Below are positions 37,813 to 49,756 of a DNA stretch of 64,000 nucleotides, piece after piece. The notes under the pieces are model-generated. The model saw nothing but the letters and a program-made list of their open reading frames with translations, did no database searches and was not told where the DNA came from. The DNA is from Octopus vulgaris (taxonomy: Eukaryota). Both the position numbers and the translations under genes were made by a program. Numbering within the stretch: position 1 is the stretch's first letter; every line of letters begins with the position of its first letter. The stretch spans positions 41,726,001-41,790,000 of the forward strand of contig OX597822.1 in the NCBI GenBank assembly GCA_951406725.2, given 5' to 3'.

Positions 37813-39476
37813 TTAATCCTTTGTTTCCGGGATTCTTAGCCAGGAATCAAAACCTTAGTTTAGATTTTTCTGTGCATTCCTCTCTGTTGTTCTCAGCATT
37901 TTAAACTCGGAAATTTATAAGAATCAACTGTCATACTTAGATAAATCTTATTGTTTCCTTGGAAATCCTTTGGTTAAATTCATTTCAACAGAGATAGATG
38001 CATTAGCCTTTATTTGTTCTCCAATCTATTTCTAATGTTCAACATGTATAAATTCAGAACACAGTAAATAGAATTCTTCCTCTTTTGTTCAGCATCTTTG
38101 CCAAAGGTGCACTCTCTTTTCATATCCAGCATTTGCCAGAGAAGCTTCTTTTCCTCCACCCGTACCCCTTGCACCCTTGCTAAAGGAGCATCTATCTATC
38201 TCCATTCACTCTCTTCATTCATGGTATATCAACAAGTGACAATACAACCCTTACTCTCTTTCCATTTATCAACCCAGAGATAAATTCTCTAACTCTTCCT
38301 CTCTCCTTCCCTCCATTCCTTAGTAGTCACCTACAGATGAACAATAGAATTTATACTAATCTTTATACAATACAACTACAACCTGAAGCAGTTGTTTTAT
38401 ATTCATCATCATCATCATCATCATTTAACGTCCGTTTTCCATGCTAGCATGGGTTGGACGGTTTGACCAGAGTCTGGGAACCAGGAGGCTGTACCAGGCT
38501 CCAGTCTGATCTGGCAGTGTTTCTACAGCTGGATGCTCTTCCTAACACCAACCACTCCATGAGTGTAGTGGGTGCTTTTTACAAGACACCAGCACAGGTG
38601 CCAGGCGAGGCTGGCAATGGCCACAATCGGTTGGTGCTTTGATTAAAATAAAAGTAATTTCATCTATTATTTTCTTCCTTCAGTTTATCTTTCTTAGTGA
38701 TCTAACGTCCACCATACATCCTACCACCTGTTACTTTTAATGATCCGATATTAGAAAAATCAAATATGCAGTCTTCTCAACTTATCAACCATCAACATAC
38801 AAACTGTTACATTCCTGGTGATGCTGACATACAGACAAATGCACATATTTATTTACATTTCACTTCTGACCATTACACATACTCACACACATATACACAT
38901 CTGTATGTATGTACAACATTCTCACAAAGGCTTACTATTCACATGTTGCACAACATTACATTACACACCATAAAATGAAATTATATAGGAAAACAATAGA
39001 GGAAAGTAGTTACATACTTTATAAAATTTAACACAAAGGGAAGACCTTGGAAACCATACTCTTATTGCATTATAATGCCAAAATTTACTTGCAAAAACAA
39101 TAAAGAAAAATTAACATTTTGCTACTGGCATCCAAAAAAAAAAACAACAAAAAAATTTAATTGTCAAAATTTAATTTCGACAAATAAGCACATGACTGCT
39201 GAAGCAGGAAAGTGTCTACACAAATTCAATCAGTGTATAAGAAACAACACAAATGCCTAATATATTCTATTCAATTCTTGATTTTGTGACTGTGAAGTTC
39301 TAGAAATGTTAAATACAGATTTAGGTACTCTACTGTTCCAAACCAACTGTAAAAAGCTAATAAGAAAATATGAAAAATATAAAATAAAACAGACAAAGCT
39401 TGGACATAGTTGTGTATTTAATGAAACATATAAAAGAATAGCTGCTCCCAATACATACAAACTTATAAATGTATAT

Positions 39477-39943
39477 GTTTCTTTATTAGCCACATAGGGC
39501 TGCACACAGACGGGACAGATTACAAAGTAGAGCTTTTCTTTATGGGGAGAAAAAAAAAAGTGGGGTAGGTTTTTGATCAAAAGGGATCGTAAAAGGGAAA
39601 GAAAAGAAAAAAAACGATCAATAGGGATCGTGTATCACAGTATGTCATGATGTAAAGTATAAAGGGGGAAGCAGATAGGGTTTATCTGTGGAAAGAAAAG
39701 CCTACAGAAAAGACCACAGTAACCTCGGTCAATAATTTCACATGTTAACACATTTTTTTGCAAGTAGGTAACCCTCTGTTTTAAATTTTTCTGGGTTCAT
39801 AGGATTATGCTCAAGGTTTCGTCATTCATACGTGCCATCCTTGCTGCATTCACCCATCTTTTTTTGGAACATTCGCTAGACAAAACTTGTTTAAAAAAAA
39901 GATGGGTGACTGTAGCAAGGATGGCACGTATGAATGACGAAAC
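39477..39943 (-). mobile_element. 5'-truncated LINE 3' end (probably L1/Tx1) with inverted duplication at its 5' junction
   Basis: Minus strand ...RWVNAARMARMNDETLSIIL*, then a 3'UTR ending cagccctatgtggctaataaagaaac; 39893-39943 is an inverted copy of 39816-39865. Confidence 0.6.
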
Positions 39944-40845
39944 AAATATATATATATGTATGCATATATATGGGGGGTGGGGAATGATATACTAAATGCC
40001 ATATAACATTCCTGGTTTATGAAATTATTTTTGTTTTGTGAGAAAGTAAACAAACACCTGACGGCAGTTGTGACAGACTCTGACTAAGAAGTGGAGATGA
40101 TTTCAAAAAGTCAACAAGTGTTTGGAACAAACATACCATGTAAGAAAAGACAGTCTGTTTTATTCGAGAAAGATGACAGCTGCCAGCAAATGTGCCTGTC
40201 TCAATCAGTGACATCAACACAGCACTTGTCCTATCTTGACTTCAACAAGACATAAGACTTAGATATACACAGAAAATGTTTATGGCGTCAAGTAATTTAA
40301 ATAATTTAAACTAAAATGAGCTTAGGTAAATAACACACACACACACATAGATAACACAATGTGCTTGTGTGTATGTATGTATATATATATATGTATATAT
40401 ACTCATGCACATGGTCCCTCTTTCTCCCTCTCTCTTTCTCTCTCTCTCTCTCCCTGTATTTACACACACACACTAGATAGGAAAGTAGGTAGTAGGTATG
40501 GTAGGTAGATAGAGGAGGAAGAGATCAAATTTTCCCATAAGTAAAAAAAAAAGACAACTGTGAAATTATTGGGAAAATCCAAAACCTACAGAACTAAACT
40601 TGTAACAATATCTTTACCGCTGTGACTCACACAATCAACTTTGTCTCATTCTTTAAACTATGCCTTTTATTTTCCTTGTTTCTTTATCTGAATTTACTGC
40701 TGCTTTTTATATCAGAAATATTCTGAGTAATATTTTCCACTCTTTACATCACCTTTTCTTTTATTGTATTGTTTACTCATGTAACTTGTTTGTCAACCTT
40801 ATTACAGTAAAGTTTCTTTCTCTCTCTCCTTCCTCTCTCTCTCTG

Positions 40846-40910
<65 letters not shown>

Positions 40911-40954
40911 ATGCACACACACACACACACATATACATATATAAGACAAAGTAT

Positions 40955-41233
40955 AATGGTCATTATATATTTTTCTTTATTAGAGTAAATTTGGCTTACA
41001 GCTGTTTCCAGTTATCATTATGGGTACATTGCTGATAGTAGTAATAGATTTACTCATTTCAAAACCAGAAATGGCTCTGATGAAAGTAGCATTAATTTTC
41101 TTAGGTCGTTCAATTTTTCTCAATTGATCAATAGACTAACTGCGTAAACCTATCAGTAATGTACCTATAATGATAACTGGAAACAGATGTAAGCCAAATT
41201 TGCTCCAATAAAGGAAAAATATGTAATGACCAT
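40955..41233 (+). mobile_element. Penelope-like non-autonomous element: hammerhead-bearing unit with inverted partial copy
   Basis: ~85-bp inverted arms 40955-41038 / 41150-41233; each contains GAAACAG[C/A]TGTAAGCC. Confidence 0.65.
41072..41196 (+). ncRNA. Type I hammerhead ribozyme with extended stem II
   Basis: Stem I TGGCT/AGCCA, CTGATGA 41077-41083, GAAA 41180-41183, stem III ACAG[A]TGT (perfect palindrome ACAGCTGT in the inverted copy), GUA cleavage triplet 41189-41191. Confidence 0.6.
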
Positions 41234-41266
41234 ATATAAAACTAACTGGTTTTATATATATATATA

Positions 41267-42134
41267 TCATCATTATCGTTTAACATCCGTTTTTCCATGC
41301 TGGCATTGGTTGGACGGTTTGACTGAGGACTGGCTAGCCAGTAGGTTCCACCAGGCTTCAATGTTATCTCGCAAGGTTTGTACTGCTGAATGCCCTTCCT
41401 AATGCCAACCACTCTGAGAGTGTAGTGGGTGCTTTTTACGTGCCACTGGCATGGGAGCCAGCCAGGCAGCACTGGCATCAACCATGTTCAGATGGTGCTT
41501 TTTACATGCCCCCAGCATGGGAACCAGTCAGAGGATAGTAACATCATCCACATTTGAATGGTGCTTTTTATATGCCACCAACATGGGGACCCAGCCAGAC
41601 AGCACTGGCATCGACCACGTTCTGATGGTGCTTTTTACATGCCACCAGCACAGGAGCCAGTCAGGTGGCACTGGCATCGACCCACGTTCGAATGGTGCAT
41701 ATGTGCCACCAGCACGGGAGACAGTCAGGTGGCATTAGCATCAGCCACAACTACGATTTCACTTGACTCAACAGGTCTTATAAAAGCATAGCATATCACC
41801 CAACAATTCAAGGCTGCTTTTAAATGGGCTGCTCATGTGACACTGGCATCAGCCAGAGCTGCGATCTCACTTTACTTGCAGTATCTTCTCAATCATAGCA
41901 TAGCACCAAAGGTATCAGTCTTTTGATATTACCTTTGCGAGCCCCAATGTTCAAATACTGTCCCATATTTAAGAGATGAGGAATTATGTACATTATTTAC
42001 GTTTAATGGATATTTGTCCTCATCTTGTTTGTTGTTAACACAACATTTTGGCTGATATACCCTCTAGCCTTCATCAGGTGTCTTGAGGAAATTTCAAACC
42101 TGGGTTCTCATTCCTAAGGTATTTTTCAATGTTA

Positions 42135-42195
<61 letters not shown>

Positions 42196-42235
42196 TCTGA
42201 GTTCGATTCCAGGCAGTGACCTGAATAATAATAAG

Positions 42236-42269
<34 letters not shown>

Positions 42270-43325
42270 TCGAAAAATACCTTAGGAATGAGAACCCAGT
42301 TCATAATTTCCCCAAGTCTCCTGATGAAGGCTGGAGGGTATATCAGCAGAAATGTTGTTAACAACAAACAAGATGAGAACAAATATCCGTCAAATGTAAA
42401 TAATCTACAATGTTCAAATGTCGTGCTCCACTGCCTCATCCCATGTCTTCCTGGGTCTACCTCTTCCACAGGATCCTTCCACTGTTAGGGTGTGACACTT
42501 CTTCACACAGCTGTCCTCATTCATATGCAGCACATGACCATACAAGTACAGTTGTTTCTCTTGCACACCACATCTGATTCTTCTTATGTCCAACCTTTCT
42601 CTGAGGGTGCTTACACTCTGTTGTGTATGCACACTGACATAACACACATCCAGCAGATCACACTAGCTTCATTTCTTTCAAGCCTATGTGTGTCCTCAGC
42701 AGTCATAGTCCTTGTTTCACTGCCGTGTAGCATGGCTGTTTGCACACATGCATCATCCAGGTTACATTTCACGCTGAGCAAGAAGCCCTTTGTTACCAGC
42801 AGGGGTAGGAGCTTTCTGAACTTTTACCCAGGCTTTTCTTATTCTAGTGGCTATGCTCTCAGAGCATCCACCCCCACTACAGACTTGGTCACCTAGGTAG
42901 CGGAAGCTATCAACTACTAGTTTCTTCTCTTGGCATGTGATAGAATCTGTTTTCTGTACATCTTCAGTATTTATTGCCCCTGTGCATCTGCCACACACAA
43001 AAACTGTCTTCCAGGTTAACCTCCCTTTGATATTGCTGCACCACTTATGTGTCCATAGCTTACACCAGCTACATCTTATGGACTTTCTACCTACACCTTT
43101 TCTACAGATCAAGCAGAGCCATCAACCTGAAGGGCTTTGTGATTTGTTTGCCTTCCTACTTACTAGCACTTTGGTTTTTTGCTAGATTTACTCTAAGGCT
43201 CTTCTATTCTAGTTGCTTCCACACTTGAAACTTCATCTCTAGATCTGGTAGTGACTCAGCAAAGTTATCATTATAGAGGAGCTCCCAGGTAAACCTGTCT
43301 TGAATTCCTCTATTATTGCCTGGAA
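41267..43325 (-). mobile_element. 5'-truncated RTE-clade LINE: RT C-terminal half with PHD finger, 3' UTR with ~62-bp tandem repeats and (GAT)n tail
   Basis: VVDSFRYLGDQV, RIRKAWVK, LYGHVLHM, RGRPRKTWDEAV motifs; stops and frameshifts; contiguous with the family C 3' UTR; interrupted at 41957-42407. Confidence 0.9.
41957..42407. mobile_element. Penelope-derived insertion: two inverted hammerhead-bearing arms with 12-bp TSD
   Basis: TSD CAATGTTCAAAT (41945-41956 / 42408-42419); arms ~41988-42135 and ~42262-42403; CTGATGA-aggctg...cagc-aGAAA at 42321-42352 and its minus-strand counterpart at ~42034-42083. Confidence 0.75.
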
Positions 43326-43778
43326 GACTTTTGAGTTTCTTGGTGTTTAGCCATAAGGTTTTAGAGTGCCATCTGGTATTATGCCCAGAGGTCTGATGAC
43401 CACAGGTACAGGCGTTGTTCTTGCCACATTTTTGAGACCTTTATTTCAAGGTTTTTAACATTGATGCTTCATCACACTCATGCTGCATTCCTGACAAATT
43501 AAATGTGTTACTTTGTTCAAAGACACCCTAATTTAAGCTGAGGCTTATAAGCAATTCTTGGACCCACTGACTGCATCTTCAGCCATGCCTGCCTTTTACT
43601 TAAACCTATGACAGATATCATAGCCTTTTCTGTTTTCACTTCAATATTATTTCAGACTCTTGGAGAACAATTGAAGAATTGATACAAGAAAAATTGCCAC
43701 CAGTGGGATTGCACCCAGGACCACTTGGTTGCAAAGCAAATTTCTTAACCATTCAGTCATATTGCATCATATATATAA

Positions 43779-44485
43779 ACTTTGCTTGTGAAGACCTGTT
43801 GAGGCAAGTGAAATCAAAATCAAAATCACTGACGTGGCCGATGACAGTACCGCTTGACTGGCACTCATGCCAGTGGAACATTAAAAGCACATCCAAACAT
43901 GGGGTGTAACCAGCCCACTTATTAGTATCCCTCATTCATTGAACAATGAACTTTGCTTGTGAAGACCTATTGAGGCAAATGTAACAAATCAAAATCACTG
44001 ACGTGGCCGATGACAGTACCGCTTGATTGGCACTCATGCCAGTGGAATATTAAAAGCACATCTGAGCGTGGTCGCTGCCAGGGCCACAGATTGACTCCCA
44101 TGCCAGTGATATGTGAAAAGCACCATTCAAGCATGATCGTTGCCAGTGTCAACTTACCAGCACATGTGCTGTTGGCAAATGAAAAACAACATTTGAGCGT
44201 GGTTGTTGCCATTGCCACCGGACTGGCTCCCATGCAGGTAGCACATAAAAAACACATTTTGAGTGTGGTTGTTGCCAGAACCGCCTGACTGGCCCTTGTG
44301 CTGGTGACATGTAAAAGCACCCACTACACTCTTGGAGTGGTTTGCATTCAGAAGGGCATTCAGCTGTAGAAACCTTGCCAGATCAGATTGAGCCTGGTGC
44401 AGCCTCTGGCTCACCAGTCTGCAGTCAAACCATCCAACCCATACCAGCATGGAAAAGCAGACGTTAAACAATGATGATGATGATT
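43779..44485 (+). mobile_element. RTE LINE 3' UTR (family C variant) with duplicated 5' ~110 bp
   Basis: aactttgcttgtgaagacct...attaaaagcacatc occurs at 43779 and 43949; homologous to 62400-62870. Confidence 0.8.
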
Positions 44486-44767
44486 ATTTATTTATTTATT
44501 TATTATTCTTAGAAAAAGAATGTAGTTGACGGTGAGTTCAAAGTTTCAGCCAGCTAAACCATTGTTGGACTGTGAAGTTATTTGGAAAAACTTACAAAAC
44601 TAATAACAATATCTTTATAGTTATTACTCACACCATAAACTCTTTGTATTAAATTCTGAGTAATATTTTCCACTCTTTACATCACCTTTTCTTTCATTGT
44701 TTCCCCATGAAACTTGTTTGTCAACCTTATTCCCGTAAGTTCTCTCTCTCTCACACACACACACACG

Positions 44768-44832
<65 letters not shown>

Positions 44833-44975
44833 TGTTTTATGTTCAGCTATAATAACAACAATTTTGTTATAATCTGAAGGTTACCCCATATTTTTGTTGA
44901 GTACAAATGTATTATTCATCAACAAGAATAGTACTGACAGTGACTTCAAAGTTTTGGCCAGTTAAGATAACATTA

Positions 44976-45022
44976 GACTGTCTGATGATGGTTTAACTGG
45001 CTGAAACTTCAAAGTCACTGTC
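44976..45022 (+). ncRNA. Minimal type I hammerhead ribozyme motif with upstream inverted partial copy
   Basis: gactgt-CTGATGA-tggtttaactggct-GAAA-cttcaaa-GTC-actgtc; stem III consistent with a CpG-decayed palindrome ACTTCGAAGT; inverted copy at ~44920-44965 and a third decayed copy at ~44515-44575 (-). Confidence 0.6.
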
Positions 45023-45142
45023 ATTACCATTCTTGTTAAAGAAAAAAATATATATATATCTAATATTAGGGAATATTATTCCAAACTTACAGGGAAAAAT
45101 TCAATTTAGTAATACTAAATCAAATTTCACAATATATAATAT

Positions 45143-45490
45143 ATGTATATAAATTAGAGAAGAACCACCTTTTATCAATTTGTTAATGAAATAACAATGA
45201 TATAATTAAATTATACCATATAGAAAAAAATTAAATATACGATAAAAACATATACCAATAATTAAGTAAAATATAAAATAATATGTATATAATTGGTCAA
45301 AAGACTACACGTGTAGTCTTTTTACCAATTATATACTTTTTATTTATTATTTTATACTTTACTTAATTATTGGTATATGTTTTTATCGTATATTTAATTT
45401 TTTTCTATATGGTATAATTTAATTATATCATTGTTATTTCATTAACAAATTGATAAAAAGGCGGTTCTTTTCTAATTTATATATATACAT
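45143..45490. repeat. ~345-bp spacerless AT-rich palindrome
   Basis: Arms are near-perfect reverse complements around the centre AAGACTACAC|GTGTAGTCTT (45310/45311). Confidence 0.9.
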
Positions 45491-47235
45491 TGTATATAAA
45501 TAAAAGAGGCAGGCAACAGGTTGCTTATATATACAAGTAAAAATGAGTAAAAAACAAGAGGAAGGGCATCCAGCTATAAAAGTCATGCCAAAGCAGACAG
45601 CAGAGCTTTGTGCAATCATTTCAGTTGTCAGTTCCTGCTGAACCATCCAACCCCTGCCTAGAAAAGTCACAATAAATGACGAGTATCATGAGTATGTGTG
45701 TGTGTGTGTGTGCACATGTGTGTGCATGCATGTATGTGTGTATGTTAGTAGAAGGATATATGTGTTCCCTTGTTTTGATGTCACATGATGCTTGTAAACA
45801 AGTGTCACTTTCATTAAAGTGATGTTGTTCATTTCCAGTATTTCACTGGAAATGCGTCTGTCCATGGGGAAATGTTACTTAACTTGGAAGCAGTTGAGGG
45901 TTAGCAACAGGAAAGGCATCCAGCCATAGAAAATCTATCTCAATGAATTCCATCTGACTATGCAAGCATGGAAAATTGGATGTTAAAATGATGATAATGA
46001 TTATGATATATACATTTGTATGTATGTATAAGAATATATTTGTATGTATATATGTATAGATGCATATATTTATATGTTTATTTATATGTGTGTGTGTGTG
46101 TGTGTGTGCAGTTCTTAAGAAGACTCACCTATTTCAGTGAAATCGAGATTCTGGAAGCACCATGTGTATATATATGCACAACTGGGCCCCTTGCCCAATT
46201 TCTTCCTCAAAACATCCCCACCAATCATCATCTCTCTAACTGCAGTATTCCACTGCTGTAATTGAATGTGAGCAGAACTGCATATTTCTCCATCTTTTCC
46301 TGATACTACTTGTCTTTCTCACTACCCTGAAGTATTTCACTTGATATCCATCCTTCATTCTTCATACTGTCCTCTTCCCACATTTTACAATGATCACCCT
46401 CCTGAGCCACCAAATTATCTCCCCTTCTCTGCCTCCATACATCTCTTACTTTTCCCCATGGATTGCATCTGCCTCTCTCTTCACCCTCTTGCAATTTATC
46501 CAATTACACATCTTTCTCTCACATCCTTACCCTGTTTACTGTATTATTATTACTTTACTATTGCTCTTCACGCCTACCCTTTTGCTGCACTGTCAGTCAT
46601 CTCCTACATTTCCTCCAATCATAAGTATCATGGGGCACCCCCTTCACCACTTATCCACAAGTTACTAGATCCGCTTCTCAACCCTGCCCAATTTCTACAG
46701 TTCTCACCTACTTTTCCCTTCCATTCTTACTTATTATCCCTTGACACTTGTTTTTCATTCATTATATTCACTCCCTCACCTATACCCAATTTCTCACTCT
46801 TTCATACACCCTTGCAACCTGTATCCACATCCTGCCATAGAAACCATGCTAAAGCAAACACTTGAGCATTGTGCACTTTTCGAAACTGTCCAATCCATGC
46901 CGGCATGGAACATGAATATTAAATGATGATGATGATATATATATGTGGAAGTGCATGGCTTAGTGGTTGGAGTGTTGGACTCATGATCATAAGAATGTGA
47001 TTTTGATTCCTGGACAGGGCGATGCATTTTGTTCTTGAGCAAAACACTTCATTTCACATTACTGCAGTCCATTTGGTTGGCGAAAATGAGTAATCCTGAG
47101 ACTGACAGGCTGTTGTCCCATCCAGGTGGGGAATATATATGCCATTGAAACCAGGAAACTGGCCCTCATGAGTCTGGCTTAGCTCGAGAAGGAAATGTTT
47201 ATTTTTTATTTTATATATATATATCATTAACTGTT

Positions 47236-47278
<43 letters not shown>

Positions 47279-47925
47279 CAAAATGGGACAATAACGCAAA
47301 ACATCCAGACAGTTAGGTGATACAAAAAAGAGGACAACAAAACATCCAGATAGACGATTCAAAGAAAACAAGGATGGGTCAACAAAGGAGTTTCCTTTCT
47401 TCAGTCGAGTTTCAGATTATCTTTGCAATTTTGGCTGGTTATACTCGAGATTGCTCCAATCTGGCCTGCCCCAAGGAAAAACTAAGCTAAGAGCATTAGA
47501 TTCCTTGGAAGAAAGCAGTGAATGTATACAAAAACAAGGACGGAAAAAAAACGGAGAATGTTACACAAATACAAATAAAAGAACATAACAACAGGTGTCT
47601 TTTAGCTAAGGATGAATTAAATTAAGCTGGCGTGTGTGGAAATAAAGCCTTACAGCAGGGATATAAGATTTCGCAGGCACAGGGGTATATATATATATAT
47701 ACATACATACATACACACACATGCACACACATTATTTCATGCACAAAGCTATGAAACTTGAAGTCATATGGGGACCAAATCAAACTGTTTTAAATAATAT
47801 GTAACTCCTACCAAATGTGTTGAGTACATCTTTCTTTCATTTATTCACTAATCTGTATGTATATATTACTGGGTAACACACACACACACAAATATATATA
47901 TATATTAATATATTACATATATATA

Positions 47926-47997
47926 TAATTATATTAAGGAACCAGGGGCGAAAACGACCATGCTGGTCATTTTCGCCCTTGCTCGCTTAATATAATT
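47926..47997. repeat. ~70-bp hairpin/palindrome in TA-rich DNA
   Basis: aattatattaag..caggggcgaaaacgacca-tgc-tggtcattttcgcccttg..cttaatataatt. Confidence 0.8.
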
Positions 47998-49452
47998 AGA
48001 TACATATATATATTATAATTAATTTAATGTATATATTGCCTATAAATTTTTATAGCATGCTGACTACCTGATAAAAATCATTAATGTGATTTGTATCCTT
48101 ATATTCTATATGTATGTATGGATGTATGTATACATACATACATATTCAGGTAGCCATGCAACTGAGAATAAAACAAAGAGATACCAAACAGAAAAAATAC
48201 AACATACTCAAAGAAAACTGACCAGCACACATTTAGTTAGACACGCCAAACAAATATGCTTTTCAACAAAGTCAGCCACAACCCTAATGGAAGTTAAAAT
48301 GTGGCCATGTTAGAGACTGCATAGGATGATCAGTTAGCCTCTACTCATGATAGCAGCCCCTAATGATTCCTTAGCATACTTCAGATGCAGTCGTTTTGGG
48401 AGTTCAAATTAGGAGAGCTTGAACATTACATGGTTGGAAAAATTGTTAGCCCACCACTTCAGTGTCACAAGGGCTAAATTGGAAGAAGCTGAGTGTTACT
48501 GGAATACACCACCCCACATCCAGGACTTGGCTACTCTGTCCAGTATTTTGATGCAAGCAGGGACATTGTGCCTTAGGTAATTCAGGATAAAAATGAGGCA
48601 GCGTGACATAACCCTTACTGCTTAGGATCATCAGAGATTATGGAAACTCAATGCTGACATCTCTCAAAAGGTAAACATTCCCATTTAAAGTACTTATCTA
48701 GTTAAAGTTCAGATCATGAACTAGTTAAAGTTTTTATCATAAAAGAAAAAAAATGACAGAGCATGATGGGTTTCTTGTTGTACTAGAATTTGTTTAGTGT
48801 TTCAACTGAGTCATGCTTCCCTGAGGTTTTAACAGATATAAACTGTCCTCTTATGATCACATAGGATTTGTGCCTAATGTTCTCACATAGCATGTGACTG
48901 ATAGTGAAACCCGCTATCTTAAGCTGGTCAACAATGGCCCTCATTGACTGTCTGGGATTATTGATGATGTCCTGAAATTACTAAATGAACTCACATGTCC
49001 TGACCACTGAAAATGTTTCTTTCTCTTAGCTATAGATCAACCCCAAGCTCTTTCCCATCCCTGAACACAAATGTCTTGGCCACGCTCTAGAAGCTGGTGA
49101 TTTCTGAGTTGCTGTGGTTGGCAGCTAGAGCCTGAAGCACAGTGTGCCTCTTCATTCCCTGTATCATATTGGAATCTGCCATGCTGATGGTGTCCATATG
49201 TTTTAAAGAGAAATGAGAAATTCAAAATTTGGTGCATGCTGTGTAACATTATGTTGGCATCCTAAAGTTGTGTTCACAAACACAGTATATAAATTTCTCT
49301 CTTTTTCTATGGATATATATATATATATATATATATGCATGCACACACACATATATATATAAATATGTATTTATGTATGAATATATATATAGACATACAC
49401 CTATGCATATATCTTGTAGTTGTCTGTGTATGTGTACACATGTATCTGGGTA

Positions 49453-49488
<36 letters not shown>

Positions 49489-49756
49489 CCCATGTGCGTG
49501 TGTATCTGTGTATAGAAATGCGCGCGTGCATGCACACACACACTCATACATATGAATATGAACCAACAAGGAAACCACTATGCCATCACTCAACCTGCTA
49601 GAAATGGTAACCAAATCACCTTCAAATCACACTTTATCATCTTAAGAAGGAAGGACACCTCCTGAAAAGATGAGGTGCTATAAAGTGGAATATCTTAGAT
49701 CACTATTGAACTAGGGAATAAAGAAATAACATACATATGTCTATATTTCATGCAGC

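Noticed and set aside
40017-40220. 67-aa minus-strand ORF in unique sequence
   Set aside because: Short, with no recognisable domain or clear splice context
41440-41745. Regularly spaced repeats resembling a CRISPR array
   Set aside because: Units are degenerate along their whole length with no unique spacers, lie in an RTE 3' UTR in eukaryotic DNA, and no cas genes are present
46341-46865. 174-aa ORF
   Set aside because: Pyrimidine-rich low-complexity sequence running into a repeat; no protein motifs
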